Shown: in pieces, positions 1 to 14,077 of the stretch
How the letters are laid out: each line of letters begins with the position of its first letter
Numbering within the stretch: position 1 is the stretch's first letter
NCBI GenBank assembly: GCA_022813865.1
Contig: JALDZX010000001.1
Location: 62,001-126,000 of the forward strand
Direction: 5' to 3'
DNA length: 64,000 bases
DNA from: Xylographa opegraphella
Lineage: Eukaryota
Made by a program: the position numbers and the translations under genes
The notes under the pieces: model-generated
The model's input: the letters and a program-made list of their open reading frames with translations, nothing else
Told to the model about the DNA's origin: nothing
Databases searched by the model: none

Positions 1-269
1 ACAGATGTGTCAGGTTGGCTAGTCGGTTCCCATTCGTCAATATCTATGATATCGACACCCTCTGGCATCATAAACTTTGGCTTGCCTGCGTGTATCCGAG
101 GCGAGTCATCGGGTGTAGGCGACTCTGAAAAATCACGTATCGGGGAGGGCGCCAGGAACATATCGTCCACGTTGACTTCCGCTTCATCAATCTCAGAAGG
201 AGGGTGTGTTATCTCGTTCTGAGTGCCCATGGACTCGTCCATAGGGTCATAACCAATGCCAAATGCCAT
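1..269 (-). CDS. 5' part of a hypothetical protein running off the left edge of the window
   Basis: Minus-strand frame open from ATG at 269 to the window edge (MAFGIGYDPMDESMGTQNEITHPPSEIDEAEVNVDDMFLAPSPIRDFSESPTPDDSPRIHAGKPKFMMPEGVDIIDIDEWEP...). Acidic and Pro-rich, no family recognised. Upstream exons in 300-1860 are possible but unresolved. Confidence 0.45.
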   Translation of the reverse strand, partial: MAFGIGYDPMDESMGTQNEITHPPSEIDEAEVNVDDMFLAPSPIRDFSESPTPDDSPRIHAGKPKFMMPEGVDIIDIDEWEPTSQPDTS

Positions 270-3114
270 GGTTGTGATTGCCCTAACACTTTCGATCAGC
301 ATCAAATCTCCAAGAACCGGCCCCAAATAGTAGTCAATTTACGGGTTTGACAACGTATTGACCTAGGTTGCACCAGGTAATGAGTAGCCGAAACTTTCCA
401 GTGAACTCACAAAACGAGCATGCAAAGGTACAACATGGAACTTGGTATGACTTGTAAACAAGCAATGGTAGCTTGAAGGAAGGATCAGGCATCAAAGCTA
501 CATAAAGTCTCTCCTCGAGTATGAATTTTCGAGTCCAATGTATGGTGGACTCAAAAACCGCAGTAGTAATAAAGACCGAGAAATTTATATGAGATCGCTA
601 GATGTAATTGAGCAGGAAAAGGACACGAGGCCTAAAGGACCAAGAAAGGGGTAGAATATCGATTCAACCAAGGACACAGAAGGAAGCATAAGTCATCTGT
701 CTGGAGTGAGATACGGTAGGCATCAAGCCAAGGAGACCGTAGGGTATGCGTAGCCTGGTAGAAGGAAGGTAAAAGATTTCTCTTATGTTGGACGATGAAA
801 ACGAGTCTTGAAACACTGAACGTAGATGTCTGAGATGTCCCAAGTGATTTTCAGAGAGCAATGGCTACACGGAAAGGACAACGACTATCACACAATGATG
901 TGAGGAAAGGCGGATAGTGGATGTCTACCTTATCAAATTGAGCTCGTGATAGGTATCCTGTGAAGTGTAGAAGATAGACTCGTTTGGGTCAGAAATAAGA
1001 CGTGAAGCAAGAAGAAAAGTAGCGTGGATGAGAAACAACCGAGACCACAAACAGAGGGAGATCTGTATGTACCCTAAGCCAAAGATGCGGATTTGGCAAC
1101 GGGGCCAAAGTGATTTTCAGTAGAGTGAAGACCGATTGGATACGTCTTTAGTAGCCCTGCACCAATCTTCAATGAGTCAGCTCGACAGCTATCGATTGAT
1201 GGGATGGGTACAACATTCCTCATGAAGTTTCAAACAAGATTGATTCACTCAGTGTAGACAATTTGTTATGGAGAAGTAAGAATGCCAACGGTGGAGCAAA
1301 GGGCTCGGTAACAAATTCAGAAGAGTTAACTGGATCGCCAGAAGAAATCAATGAAGGTACTGGAAGAATTACCAAAGGGTTCAGAAGAAGTCGTAGATTT
1401 GTATGTCGCCTTGGCGGATGCCTGAGCTTAGTACGACCAGCAATGGCCGGATCGGATGGCCAAAGGGAGAGGTTACAACAGGGAAGATCTTTAATTTAGA
1501 TACGGGAATTGCGCTCTCCCGCGAGGAAATAGCTCAGTTAATCGAATATCGAAGAAAGAGCAAGTAAGAAATGAAGTAATAGAAGTGATGATCGCTGGAG
1601 GCTCCAGATGAGATTGCCTTGACGCCCTTGGCGTAGGCTTGAAGGTACAGAATAGCAAGCGTCAGTGAGTCTGATCGTAATGATTATGCTTTGATAAGAT
1701 GAAGTGAAGAGAACTGCCGAAGAAGAGAGCGAAGCATCGAGCTTGTCAGGTAGAAGGTGAAGTCGAAGAGAAATTAGGTAGAGTACGTTGCAGTTCAAAG
1801 GCCGTGAAGTCGATCGATGTGGTGATATAAGCGATACTGGAGTTGGTGGATGAGAATCCATTCTGCTCGGTGATATAGTTCAAGAAAAAGAGTTTCCTCA
1901 GAGCTTCGTAGCGGCGACCAGTTTATAACCGGCTCACAGTCATGCTCCTAACCGTGCAAAGACAAGGGAAGTATATCTCACATTCCCACACCACCACCAT
2001 CACCACCACCCCAAGAAAGCAACAGTTCAAAGCAAAATCAAACCATCGCCACCAAGCAAAATATCGAATGCTTCGCGGCTCTAAACCAGACTCCGCCTCG
2101 ACAAGGCCATAAGAACGACAGGTAAATCATCTCAAAGCACTATTACTCTGACCTCGGAGGAAGTCAGGGACTGGCAAAACCCCAGCTTCGTGGTCGGGAG
2201 TGATCCAACAGCCCAAGGATATAAACAAGCGACGGCGGCGCATTTAACCATGGTGTGCCATGGACGGTATTGCAAGTAGACGATGCAAAGGTGTGAACAA
2301 GTAACAGGCTGCTGGTTCTAGCAGGCAGCATATTGGCAATAAAGTCTGGACATACAGAACATAGTCACAGAGTTCCACAAGCCTGGAGACCAATTGGTGG
2401 ACGCAATCTGATCATGGTGGAATAATGAGTAGTAGTTCAGCCTTAACCAAAGTAACAGGTTCGAGATATTTTCCGTGACATCACGTGCACAAAGCGAGTA
2501 TTGCTCCCGCCGGCACAAGCGCTTCACGCGTTACCCTTTCTACAACGTTCACAAAAGCGAAAACGACTCAAGTTACGACGCAGCCTATTGACGAATATTT
2601 ATATAATTCGATAACTCTCGACTAAGCCATTATCGACCATCTCTCTATGAGCTAGAAGAGAAACAAAAACATAGACAGGAAATGATGAAAAGGCTGTACC
2701 TGATGTATAAACCCCGCCCTGGTAGTAAGAAATAGTGGACTGCGTCCAAAGCCCGTTGTATCACACCGGCTGTTGAACCCCATATTGTACATTGCCCCAG
2801 TGGATGGTGCCATATTCTTGGACTTTTCACCAGCGCCTTCGCTACCCGCAAGTAAAGCACCACACATATTTACAAACGAAAAGAAATAACGTATTGTTGC
2901 ATCGGAGCTGAGTATGTATCTTCGGCACCTTCCACACCGCAATGCCTTTGCCGGTACGAGTCACCCGTTGATTTCATTGGGCGTTCCTTGCCTTTGAAGA
3001 ATCGGAATTTGTGGCAGGATTCGCCTCCTTGAAAGCTCGGGGTCATATTCGCACATATGGAAAAAGACCCTATTGAGGGATCTGGCAAGGACCAGAGCCA
3101 ATACGATGCAGGAC

Positions 3115-5127
3115 CTAACTAATTACCCCATTCGCAGGGTAGTACCAGGCACTAGGGAAAATTAGCGCTTTTACTCTCGACAGATGATGCAAAGGATATA
3201 CCTTATCGCTATGATCAAATAGAGGGTCTGCATGAGCCATCCTTCAAGCCAATGTGACTTACCGTCCGCTATCAGATAGTTGACTAGGGAAACGTCAGCA
3301 AAGGTAAAAATCTACGGCATCCGAGTCACATACTGAGTAGAACGGCAACGAAGAGAACGGCAATTTGAAAGCCATCGAATGAAAGATTCATCGTATCCTT
3401 CCCAAGCATCCATCCAAGAGTGACAACGGCAGGTAGTACGAACAGCGCAATCTGTAAGCTGGAGCCAACAGCGACACCAATAGCCAGATCCATTTTGTCC
3501 TTACACGCAACAGTGACGGCGGTAGCGTGCTCAGCAGCATTCCCCACAATCGGTAGCAGGATCAGGCCAACGAAAGTTTTGGAGATGCCACTGGGTCCCT
3601 CTGTCAATTGGTTGATATTGTCAACCATGAATTCGGCACAAACGGCCACCAAAGCAGTGGATGCGGCAAGCGTGAAGATTGCGACCGCGATACTGAGTTG
3701 CGGTTGTTCCTTGTCTTCCATTTGCATCGGATTCTCTTGAGATACCTCTCCACCCATAGCTGCAGACATGTTGGCGCCCATTTGAGCCAGACCTTTCGAC
3801 GCATCGCCCTTTCCAGCGCGAACACGCCGCTTTCCGACTTTTTTGCTGGGTTGGTTGTACATCTCCGAGTGAGTTTTGAGCTGGAAGAAAAGATAAGCAC
3901 CGTAGGTCAGAAGTAAGAGAATGGAAACGCCACGGGACAGAGCAGTGACCTCGGTGGCGGTAACGGCATTGCTACCACTAGCCCAGATATTGAACGCTGT
4001 CGGAATGATAAGGCTGCCTACTGCAAGAGCGAGCAGACTCGCAGCAGTTTGCGCAACAGTGACGTTGAAGTACTGCTCCACTCTGTTTAAGCCGCCGAAG
4101 AAAAAGCACATTCCCATGACAAGGAGAAGATTGGAAAGCATGCTGCCGATGAGTGAGGTCTGCACGATAAGAACTTGATTTTGAACCAAGGCCAATATTG
4201 AGACGATAAGTTCAACGGCATTTCTGTAGTGTATCAGCAGAGTTCTTATGTGAAAGAAAATGGCCACACATACCCAAAGGTGGCGTTGAGTAGACCTCCG
4301 ATAGTTTCACCAGTTCGTAGAGCAATCTCTTCAGTAGCATAACTCAGCATTGCTGCTAGTGGAATGATAGCGATGAAGTTGACCACGAACACCGCGACTG
4401 GACTGATGCCCTTCACGAAGTTGAGAGCGATTCCGATGGGCGCCATGATGAGGAGGATATTAATATATGAGTTGAGCAGCGTCGCTCTTATTTGGCTCAT
4501 GGCCGTGAAGGGCGCTTGTTTTGGTTTCGAGTCATCGTCGTCTGTGGTCGGGTTTCCGCTGCCGTTATGCTTCTTCTTGTGAAATCTACTCAGGAATCCT
4601 TTCCTTTGACGAGGCTGATCTGCTTCGGGTTGCATAGTGGTGGCATCACTGATACCTGTCGTGCCAGTATTTGTGTCTTCGCTATTGTCATGTTGTCTTT
4701 CACGCTTGAGGTCTTCTAACTCTTTGTCGCCATATATCTCTTCACCCTGATGTTCTTTTGAAGTGCCGCCTGTGACCGGGGAGAAATCCTGTGGCATGGT
4801 TGCGAACGGCCTTGTGGCGCCGGAGCCATCTTGAAATTGCTGCGAGCGTCTACGTATATCGTTCAGTATGGAAATATCGGCTTCAGACCGGTGAGTGTTG
4901 TTGTGCCCAATGGTCGCTGTCGGCTCACCGAACTCCAAATCGTGAATGTTTCGTTGGCTCGTCCTTGAATATGTCTTCTGGAATGGATTGAAAGAACTCT
5001 CGTTCGGCTCGTTGAACCAAGCCGCTCCATGCGCTGCTCTCTTGTATTTGTCTACATAACAAACAAAGCAAGTCAGCAGCCTGATCGGAAGCCAGTCTGT
5101 TACACCGATTCACAGCAACTTACGCAT
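3115..5127 (-). CDS. VCX1: Vacuolar Ca2+/H+ exchanger (CAX/VCX1 family), multi-exon
   Basis: Alpha-repeat motifs GGLLNATFG/NAVELIV and GLILLPIVGNAAEH, plus MDLAIGVAVGSSLQIAL. First coding exon is ATG C followed by GTAAGT. Last exon AWYYPANGVIS* ends at TAG 3115-3117. Confidence 0.93.
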
Positions 5128-6348
5128 GGTTTTCGGTAGAGCTCGCAGACTTGGTCAAGACGGCAAATTACTTGTGTTTGACAAGACCGCCTCGCCTGAT
5201 ATCAACGATCACGAGCGTTATCTGACGTGGTTTGCCCCGGCAGAGTTGCAGCAATCGGCGTGCGGTTGTGGGGGCCAAATTCTGGAGAAGCTGGCACACG
5301 AGGCAAATTAGCTTTAAGAAAGCGCTTGCAACATGGTAACAGGCCGCATGGTCGAGACCTGTACGACTTACCTTACTATCGCCTGAATCTGTTGTTAGAG
5401 ATGCTGAGCGCCCTACTGTGGGTACGGATGGTATGGCGCGCTCAGGTGGAAGGGGGAAGTGAGGCAGTTTTGTAGGCGGACTTCGGAGTTTGTAGCGACT
5501 TCACGAATCGCAACACGGCGCCCCCTTGCTAATGGAAGCGAAGAACTAGGGGCAGCGCTCGGGCGAAATAGTTTGTGCTTCGACCGAGATCGCTAACACT
5601 TCATGGTAGATTGCTCTTTGCGGAGATGAAATTGTGGGCAGCAGAGGGTTTGGTTGTTGATATCATCGCATTGTCGACGCGGTTTGCACACATCTCGAAG
5701 CGACGGGCACCCACATTTCCTGATTTCCACAAGGGGGGGGGGCAAATAACAAGAGACAGCGATGAATCAGCCAAGAACGTGAAGTGGCCACAAAACCTGA
5801 TGGGGGAGTTGGTGCTTGGTATTGCTTGGCATTGCTTGGCATTTGCGCGAATTGGTTGCCGCCTCTTTGGTGTGGACAGAAAGTGGATGATGAAGGGTTG
5901 AAGTGTGTGCTGTTCGCTTTATCTGATGCGCGAATTTCCACCAGCGGCACTTTGATTGGTCACCCCGTCGCGCTAGCAGCTGCACGCTCACCGATGCCAA
6001 GACTGCCAAGGCGCGACTCAGCCACAGTTCGACGTCACAACTCTTCACTCGTTCCATCTGTCGCCAGCACGATGTTCACTAGATGTTCATGCGAGCTGTC
6101 ATCATGCCGATATGATCTCGTCCACTTGCCACAGCTCGCTACTCACGGGACATCAATCCCAGTCTGTCCGTGACGAGCGGCCGATGATTGTTTCAAATCC
6201 TGAACTACATTCACTTTCTTGTGAATATTATGTGACAGTATTGAGGCTCGTCTCCCGTTCCCGTTTCGCAAACCACATCTATGTTTGTACAATTCATCGA
6301 CCATGAAGCCCTATAACTGGTACATTTTCTGTCTCTGAGTGACCGGAG

Positions 6349-6368
6349 TAATAATAATAATAATAATA
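6349..6368. repeat. (TAA)n microsatellite in the PRP22 3' region
   Basis: taataataataataataata read directly from the sequence. Confidence 0.8.
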
Positions 6369-6397
6369 TTCCATAATGAATCCAGCCCATCGCCATC

Positions 6398-9300
6398 TTA
6401 ACCCCAAGTGCCTCCGCCTCCACCACGACCCTGTCGTTTCTGCGCCGAGAGTCGCCAATCATCTTCGCCCGCGAATCGGTTGTACAAGGGCTGGATCCTC
6501 TCGGCCTTCTTCCGCTTGGACAACCGGTCAGTGGCAGCGACTTTGAAGAATGTGGGAGCTGCCTCGACAAGCCACTGGAAGCGGTTAGCGGCCGCACCTC
6601 GAAACCCGAGACACCACCACTCACCTTTGGTTCAATGCCTGTGGTGTAATGCATGTATTCCTTCGTGGTCAGAACCAGCGTGTGGTATATGACATGCTCT
6701 GCAGGCTTGCCGAACAGCGCCGAGCTCGGGTGCATGTACACTGGCGTTCCTTCGATGAGCGTCTTGTAGCCTTCCTGTGGATCCTTCCGGGCTGCGTTTC
6801 TGAAGAAGCCCGAACACAACGCTTGCCGGACTTTCATGGTGTTCCGCCCGCACGAGACAACCTGATGCCTGTAGCGCTCCATTATGCTGACGAGCTGCTG
6901 CCTGACATCCTGAGCACGTCGCATGTTTCGAGCCTGAATGAAGTTCTCGAAGCACCATGGGTTCGAGAACTTGGCTTGTTTCCAGCCGTTGTACACGTTC
7001 AGTAGAGTAAGGTGGTCGCCGTGGGGGTCGTGGAATTTCGCTTTCTTCTGATCCGCTTGCTGTTGCTTCTCCTTCGGCCGGTAAAACACCGTCTGGACGG
7101 AGAGCATAGCGACGATGCTCAGAATTTCATCAGAGCATCCAATCTCCACAGAAGCTATCAAAACTTTCGCCAACGTTGGTTCCATCGGAAAATCTGCCAT
7201 TTTCCGTCCCAGGCGCGTCAAAAGGCCTTCATCATCAAGAGCTGAGAGTGCATATAATTCTTCCAAAGCCGTAAGCATGGTATTTGTAGGCGGAGGATCC
7301 ATGAAGTCGAAATGAAGGAGATCGTTGATTCCCATGGCTTTAAGCATCAAAATAGTCGTTGATAGATTTTGGCGCTGTATTTCAGGAATTGAGGTTGGGA
7401 GCATTTCCGACTGGAATGCCGCCTCAGTGTATAGCCGAAAGCATTTCCCCGGTCCTGTTCGACCAGCACGTCCTGCTCGCTGTTTTGCTTGTGCTTGGGA
7501 GATTGGTGTAACAACAAGAGAGTCCATTCCGAGCTTCGGATCGTACGCATTTTGCTTTACAAACCCGGGGTCGATAACATAGTATATTCCATCGATAGTG
7601 ATGGACGTCTCAGCAATATTGGTTGCAATGACAACCTTACGACTTCCAGGCGGTGCAGGCTCAAAGATCTTACTTTGCATGTCGCTGGGGAGAGCAGAAT
7701 ATACCGGAAGGATGATAAGCTCTGGGACTGATGGTCCGAGCGCTTTCATCCGCTCGTACAATATTTCGCAGCTCGTGTCGATCTCTTCTTGTCCTGTTAA
7801 AAACAATAATATATCTCCCGCAGGCTCCTTCAGATGGATCTCCAGCACAGTGACAAGAGCCGCGTCTAGATAGTCTGACTCTGGTTCCCGTGAGTACATG
7901 ATTTCGACCGGAAAAGTCCTACCAGGTATCGTCACTATCGGGCATTTATTAAAGTACTCTGAGAACTTTTCTGCATCCAAAGTAGCCGAAGTGACCAAGA
8001 CTTTAAGATCCGGTCGTCGCTTTAGAGTTTTCTTTAACAAGCCAAAAAGAACATCGGTTGCAATGGTGCGTTCGTGGGCTTCGTCAAGCATAATTACGGA
8101 GTATCTTTTGAGATCTGGATCCAATAGAATCTCCCGCTGTAACATGCCGTCTGTCATGTACTTGATCCTCGTTTCTGGACTTGTGCAGTCTTCGAAACGG
8201 ATTGTGTACCCTACCTCTTGACCAAGTTTACAGCCGACCTCCTCCGCTACACGCTTAGCAACAGACATAGCAGCAACACGGCGAGGCTGAGTGCATCCAA
8301 TCATTCCCAGATTGGCGAAGCCGCTCTCCGCCAGATATTGTGTCAATTGTGTTGTTTTTCCGGAACCAGTATCACCAACGACGATCAAGAGCTGATTGGT
8401 GCTGACAGCATCAAGAAATGTTTTCCGAAATTTAAAAACCGGCAAGCTTTCACGTTGCTCCTTTATTGACATAGATGTTCTCTTACCTAATGGTTCATCC
8501 TTGCGCTGTGTTGATCGTTTCCATTCGGGCAAAGTGTCACTGACTTTCTGAGCCAGGGGATTGCGAAGATCGCTCGCGAACTGGCGCTCACCTGGCGCAA
8601 TCATCGGATCCTGCCACTGTGCATTCAGATCGACCTGCGAAGCTTGTTCAGCTGCTTTATCCTGTGCCTCTGACTGTCTCAAGTCTCGGCGTTCTTTGGC
8701 TAATGATGTACCAGCCATTGCTGCACGGTTCATCGATCCATCTGGCGCTTTTACAACTCTGATTGGCGAAAGCTCCAAAGATTGTTTCGTTTGTCCAGCA
8801 AGGAAGGGTGGTTCTTCTTCTCGAACTTCAATATCAATATCTACTTCCTCTTCAAAGTCACCCTCACCATTGAGTGTTGAATTGTACTCTTCATCTATAT
8901 CGGGGTAATCGCTTGCTTTTATGGCGCCGGATGCGATCAACTGTTTGATTTCCCACCTTTCTGGCGATGTCATTCGTTTCCTGTTCTTCGTCGACCTACC
9001 ATTCAGGTCACCTTCGACCACAAGAACGTTGGAATGAACATCACCATATCTGTCATAGCTATCTTCTGCGGGGCCCGTCCCGTCTAGACGTTCCATGTTA
9101 GCCCCGGAAGCCAGTCGCTTCTGAGGTACAAGATCACGACCGGTGTCTTGATCTACCTCCTTCATGGATAGACCGATGCGTGTTCCGTCGATGGTCATGA
9201 CTTTGACCTTAACAGCTTGGTTACGCGACACCAAATCAGAAGGATGATTCACCCTAGTACCTTCTTGCATGGCTGATATGTGGACCAGTCCATCTACCTT

Positions 9301-10140
9301 CCCTCTCACACCTTGAATATTGACAAAAGCACCAAAATCCTTCACCCCAGTCACTCTCCCATTGTAGACCTTAAACAACTTCGGTGCATCATCAATTTCC
9401 GGGGTTGGAGGCCTTTTAAACCAGTCCTCAGCTTCATGGCGGTGGCGTCGCTTGCTGCTTGCATGACCGTCCCGATTGTTACCATCTCTTTCGTAGTACC
9501 CACTGCTCCTCGAAGCCTTATCTAAGCTATGTCCATGTATTCCGTTCCGCCGTCGAAGTCTCTCGGGACTGTAGGATCCCGACCTTGATCTGTGCCTTTC
9601 TCTTCTCAGCCTGCCGTGCCTATCCTGATCTCCTTCATCATTCGGACTTCGGCTTCGCTTCCTGCCATTTGAACCATTTTGATGTGCGGTACTATTACCG
9701 GCCAGGCCTTCAAGAAGCGCAAAGGTATCGTCCATAGCTACGAGCTTTGCTTGGTCTTGCTGTGATGGTAACTCATCGTCCCATACCTGTTTTTGGTCCG
9801 GTACAGCCAGGCCTTTGAATATTCGGGTCTTTTTTTCCACGTCATTCACCGCGAAGCCGTTACTGGAGACACCGTTCTGACCAGCAACTCCGGCACGTTT
9901 GACTTTGTACTTAGGGTGCATGGTAAGAACCAGTCTATCGATACTCTCGATTAAACTCGGTGGGAATTCTGCACCCATCGCCTCCATCTGTAATTGAAAA
10001 TCTGCAAGAGAGCTGCATTTTGAATGTTGAGCAATGACAAATTCGGCTAGAGTCTTGTCACTGATACCCAGATGATTCTGAAGTTCAGAAGTGACCTTGG
10101 ACACAAGGGACAACAACTCCAGAGACTCCAGGTCATCCAT
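6398..10140 (-). CDS. PRP22: Pre-mRNA splicing DEAH-box RNA helicase Prp22/DHX8
   Basis: RS-rich region, S1 domain (GRVTGVKDFGAFV), GDTGSGKTT, TQPRRVAA, DEAH, SAT and QRAGRAGR motifs. A short intron near 6577-6625 gives the C-terminus WLVEAAPTFFK...GGGGGTWG* (TAA 6398-6400), so the ORF-track tail is intron read-through. Confidence 0.97.
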
Positions 10141-10447
10141 ATCTGCAAACGCTTAAGGGCTCTAGGCTTTGGTATTGGTGACACTACACTTGTGGAAGAA
10201 ATGAACCAATACCCTTGTTGGCGGCGGGATAGAACCTAGGTAGGTAGGGCTGAATTTGGAGCTTTGGAAATTGTCTTGGCAATCTCGGAAGGTTCTTCAC
10301 AGTCCTCATGGAATCACCTAAAATTACGAATTGGGAATGATTGCGAGTCGTCGCAAGCATACGTGAGCACTGATTGGATTCTAGTATAGCTTGTAGACAT
10401 GAACATGGTCAATTTGTGACCCTCTGATTGACATTATCTTCCCATTA

Positions 10448-13400
10448 ATGGGTAAACGCACGGTTTTCCTCGATCAACAGCCTACAAGTTTACCTAACAA
10501 GAGACCCAAGCTCGAAGGTAATTCCTTCAACGCAGATGGCAAGCTCATACAGTCATCCAAAGACTTGCGACGGCTTCTTGTCTTCCAGCAAGATTCTGCT
10601 TCAGCATTACGCCAAAGTAGTCTCCTTACTCTGCAGGAGTATTCCAGTTCGCTAATCGAGCCGTAGATATCCAAACATTCAAGGGCTTCCTAGACTCGAT
10701 TCTGTACGGAGATGAGAGCTCTAATCGACCGGCCAATCTAAGTATCCTACTCGAGTATTTGCGATCTACTCTCCCTGGTTCAGGAGACTCGTCATCTCTG
10801 CCTCTGACGGAAGTCATTCAAACGTGGAGTTTCGCGGCTCAAACCAATCATGATGGCCTCTTATCAGCTGTGCCTGCTGTCCTAGCTTTGTTGCTTAAAA
10901 CCATATCTACATCGATTGACTTTCGAGAGTGTGGTGTACAGCTCTGCCACGCTCTTCTCCAAAAGGAACAGGTTCGACTTTTCGATCGAGGGCTCACAGC
11001 GAATAAGTCGAAGGAGCGATTAATCTCACCGTGTCTACGTCTTCTAAATGAAATCACCACTTTCAATGGTGGTAGCTCAGCACGCAAGGTGTATCAACAA
11101 CGGGCCGTGACCTTCAAGCGTCTTGACATTTTCTTGTCTATAGGTAATCAGCCACCGCCCAAAGTGGACGCATACAAAACGAGGGCGTCTATTCGAAGTA
11201 TTGCTTTACAATACGTGCTCTCCAACCTCAGATTTCAAGATCAGGCTACGAAAGGGGATATCCTGTCTCACACTAAATTGATTCGAGCGATTTTTAATGG
11301 CATTTCAGAAGATCCTCGTGCACTGATCTTTGATGTTCTAGACTCCCTGAAGAAGTCGGTCATTCTAGACAACTCGCTTAGACGGAAATACAAGAGTATG
11401 CTTCTTAGTGAATGGACCTTGTCTCAGATTGTCCGCCTTTATGACTACCAAGAAGCTGCCAAGACTGAAGAGAGCAATACTACTGTTGCAGAATTTGCGC
11501 ATGAGTTTCTGCTGTTTGTCTGTACAACAAATGATCGTGGAGTTTTAGTTGATCAGAATGACTGGTATCCTCCAGGTACGGAGATCTTAACAAAACCCAA
11601 AGATAATGACCCCCTACTTCTGGATATTGACCAAATAGATACACGTGACAAATATACGAGCAGAGTACCAGTACGAAACACGGCGTTGGCATCGTTCATG
11701 CAAGGTCTGCGACCGTGGGCAAATAGTTATCATAGAATACTGGCTCTTGCTATTCTCAATGCCGCTCCAGAGCTAGTTGCGGATTACTTCTTCAAAAAAA
11801 GAACTTTCTCATTTGAACCAAAGCTTTCGGCCACTTGGATAGGCTACTCGGCCTTCTTGTTTACCAGCGTGCAGCTTCCACTTCCCAGCACCCGATATGA
11901 TTGGCCGCCGCCAGTCTCTATTGTCCTAGAAAGTATCCTTCCACAGCCGTTGAATCAAAAAAGCCTCACGCGTTGTATCAACCACAAGGCCGGATTTGTC
12001 AGCTTCGTCGCTGTAAGATTGTTACTTGTGGCATTTCAGAAGGTGGAAAGACTATTATCTCTTTGGACCACTAGGCAAGACGAGCGATGGGCGAAAGCTT
12101 GCTTGCAGCTTCTAGCAGGCTTCCGTCAGCGATGTCCTGAGTTGAAGTATGTGATCACGGCGAGCCGGAGTATCTCCGAAGATCACGTAATGTCCAGAGA
12201 AGCACTTCTACGACTAATAGCAATGTACTATAAGATCACTCCCCAGTTAGCCTTGAATGAAAAGTATGATATTTCCAGTTTGCTTGTAAATTCACTCAAA
12301 CAAGCCTTCCCGACAGAAGGAGGTACGCTGGATCAGAGTATGCGATTTCTTGAGCTAGACCATCTCCTAGAAATCGCCCGTCGAACGCCGGATATGTCCT
12401 GGTGGCATAAGTCAGGTAAGTTTTACACCGAGCTCAAATATCATGAGCTAATCGTGATATCTTACAGAAAGTATTCATTTGTCCCCTTTCACAACCGTCC
12501 TTCGACTGCATGTCTCACAAATTGGCACTAGGAGAGACAACATATGGAGTCTGTTACGGTCATTGATCAGGGAGTATTCAATCCTTCAACATGAAACGTC
12601 GAACTTATCTCTGAACGCCTTGGTCGTCAGCCTCACAGAACTTGAAGGTTGGAAGGCTTCCAGTGCCGTGTATTCGTTTCTGGATAATTGTCTATTACGA
12701 CTTGTACGGAAGTCGATCCATTACCATGGAGAACTTGATAAGATCGCGAAAAGTCTCTCTATTGGCAACTTCGGTCAAAATATGGATAGTCCGGTTAGCC
12801 TTCTATTCGTGGTTATCATGGAACAGTGGTCGTTCCTTCAAGAAGCGTGTGATAAGGCTGAATTAACAAATGTCACGGAATGGCTGACTCGTTATCTTGA
12901 GTATTCAGTGTACATCGGGGAGAACGTAACCATGCTAGGCGCTATAAAGAGCCGTATATTGGGATTCTCCAATATCGATTTACACGAAGTCGAACCAGAA
13001 CGAACGATTGGTAGATCGTTTCTGAGAGTTATACCGAAGGAATTACGACGGTTGCTCGAAGAGCATGACATATGTGTCACCAATGACGACAAGACTAGAA
13101 GTAGCATAAGTGACCAAGCACCGATCACAAAATCAGAGGTTGTCCTTGAACATCTGAAGCCGCCGGAAGAGCCGGAAGATCACTCAGGACTCGGCCGATG
13201 GACTAACAAACCTGTACTGGATGCTGTTGAGGATGGTGACGTGGGCGAATTAGTCCTTTGTCTTTCTTCGAAGCATGAGGAGATACGGAAGCAAGCTCTC
13301 GTTAACATTCGTGTTCTCGCTTCGAAACTCGAGGTTGGTGACATCGGTCTTTTGGCCATAACCTTCATATTGACAGTACTTAGACATCCGAATATGTTGA

Positions 13401-14077
13401 GTGGCAGCAACTATATCTACTCTTGGAAGAAGTCGTGGATTCAGCGAAAGACATCATTCTTACCAAGCAACTCCCGAGTGTCGCAGGAGTCATAGCCACT
13501 AGAGCTGTCATGGTGCTCAATGATCCATTACATTTTATGTATCCCAAGGTCAACAAGTTTTTAAACAGGAGTCCTAACTGGGAAATTGCTAAATTACCTT
13601 CGTATTGGGTTGACAAAGTGTTTTTGCATCCACCAGCTGACGACGATTCACATCAACGTGAAGTTCAATGGGTGGTGGACACATTAATCGATGGACTTCA
13701 GACTGCAGAGGTAATTCCAGGGAAGGAGACTGTCTAGAATCAATAGACTGACATGTGCTCAGGACATGGAATTGTATCGGAGGGGCAACATCTTTGAACG
13801 ACTTTTGTCCTTTGCAGCATCACCAACTATTACGTCAAACACCCTTGAGAAGATCATGCATCTATTCTACCGCTGCTCATTCGTAGAGGGCAGTTCAACA
13901 CTGATTACGCGCTGTGGTCTGATCAGTTGGGTCCAGGCTCGATTGATGCACGGAGATCGCCATCAAGCGTTTTGTGAAATCTTGATTCAACGCATCTATG
14001 AGACCTGTGACAAAAATAGTATGTTAGTGTGGAGTGATGGCTGTATAGCGAGAGCTGTAGACGACATAACTACTTAG
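10448..14077 (+). CDS. URB1: Nucleolar pre-ribosomal-associated protein Urb1/Npa1, about 5 exons
   Basis: Spliced ORFs 10448-, 10759-, 12479-, 13423- and 13766- join in frame through GT-AG introns. Npa1-type segments APELVADYFFK..FSFEPKLSATWIG and LNDPLHFMYPKVNKFL...IFERLLS (NopRA1-like). Confidence 0.85.

Noticed and set aside
300..1861. Multi-exon gene starting at ORF 1538-1861 (-)
   Set aside because: Splice-like signals are present but I could not assemble a consistent open frame; may be UTR or upstream exons of the edge gene.
6010..6030. Crz1/CDRE-like site (CAGCCAC) upstream of VCX1
   Set aside because: Biologically plausible, but a 7-mer is expected by chance; unsupported without conservation data.
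6408..9737. Many + strand ORFs antisense to PRP22, and similar shadow ORFs over VCX1, APL6, GCN3 and NECAP
   Set aside because: Antisense or alternative-frame shadows of real genes, inflated by high GC; no family motifs.
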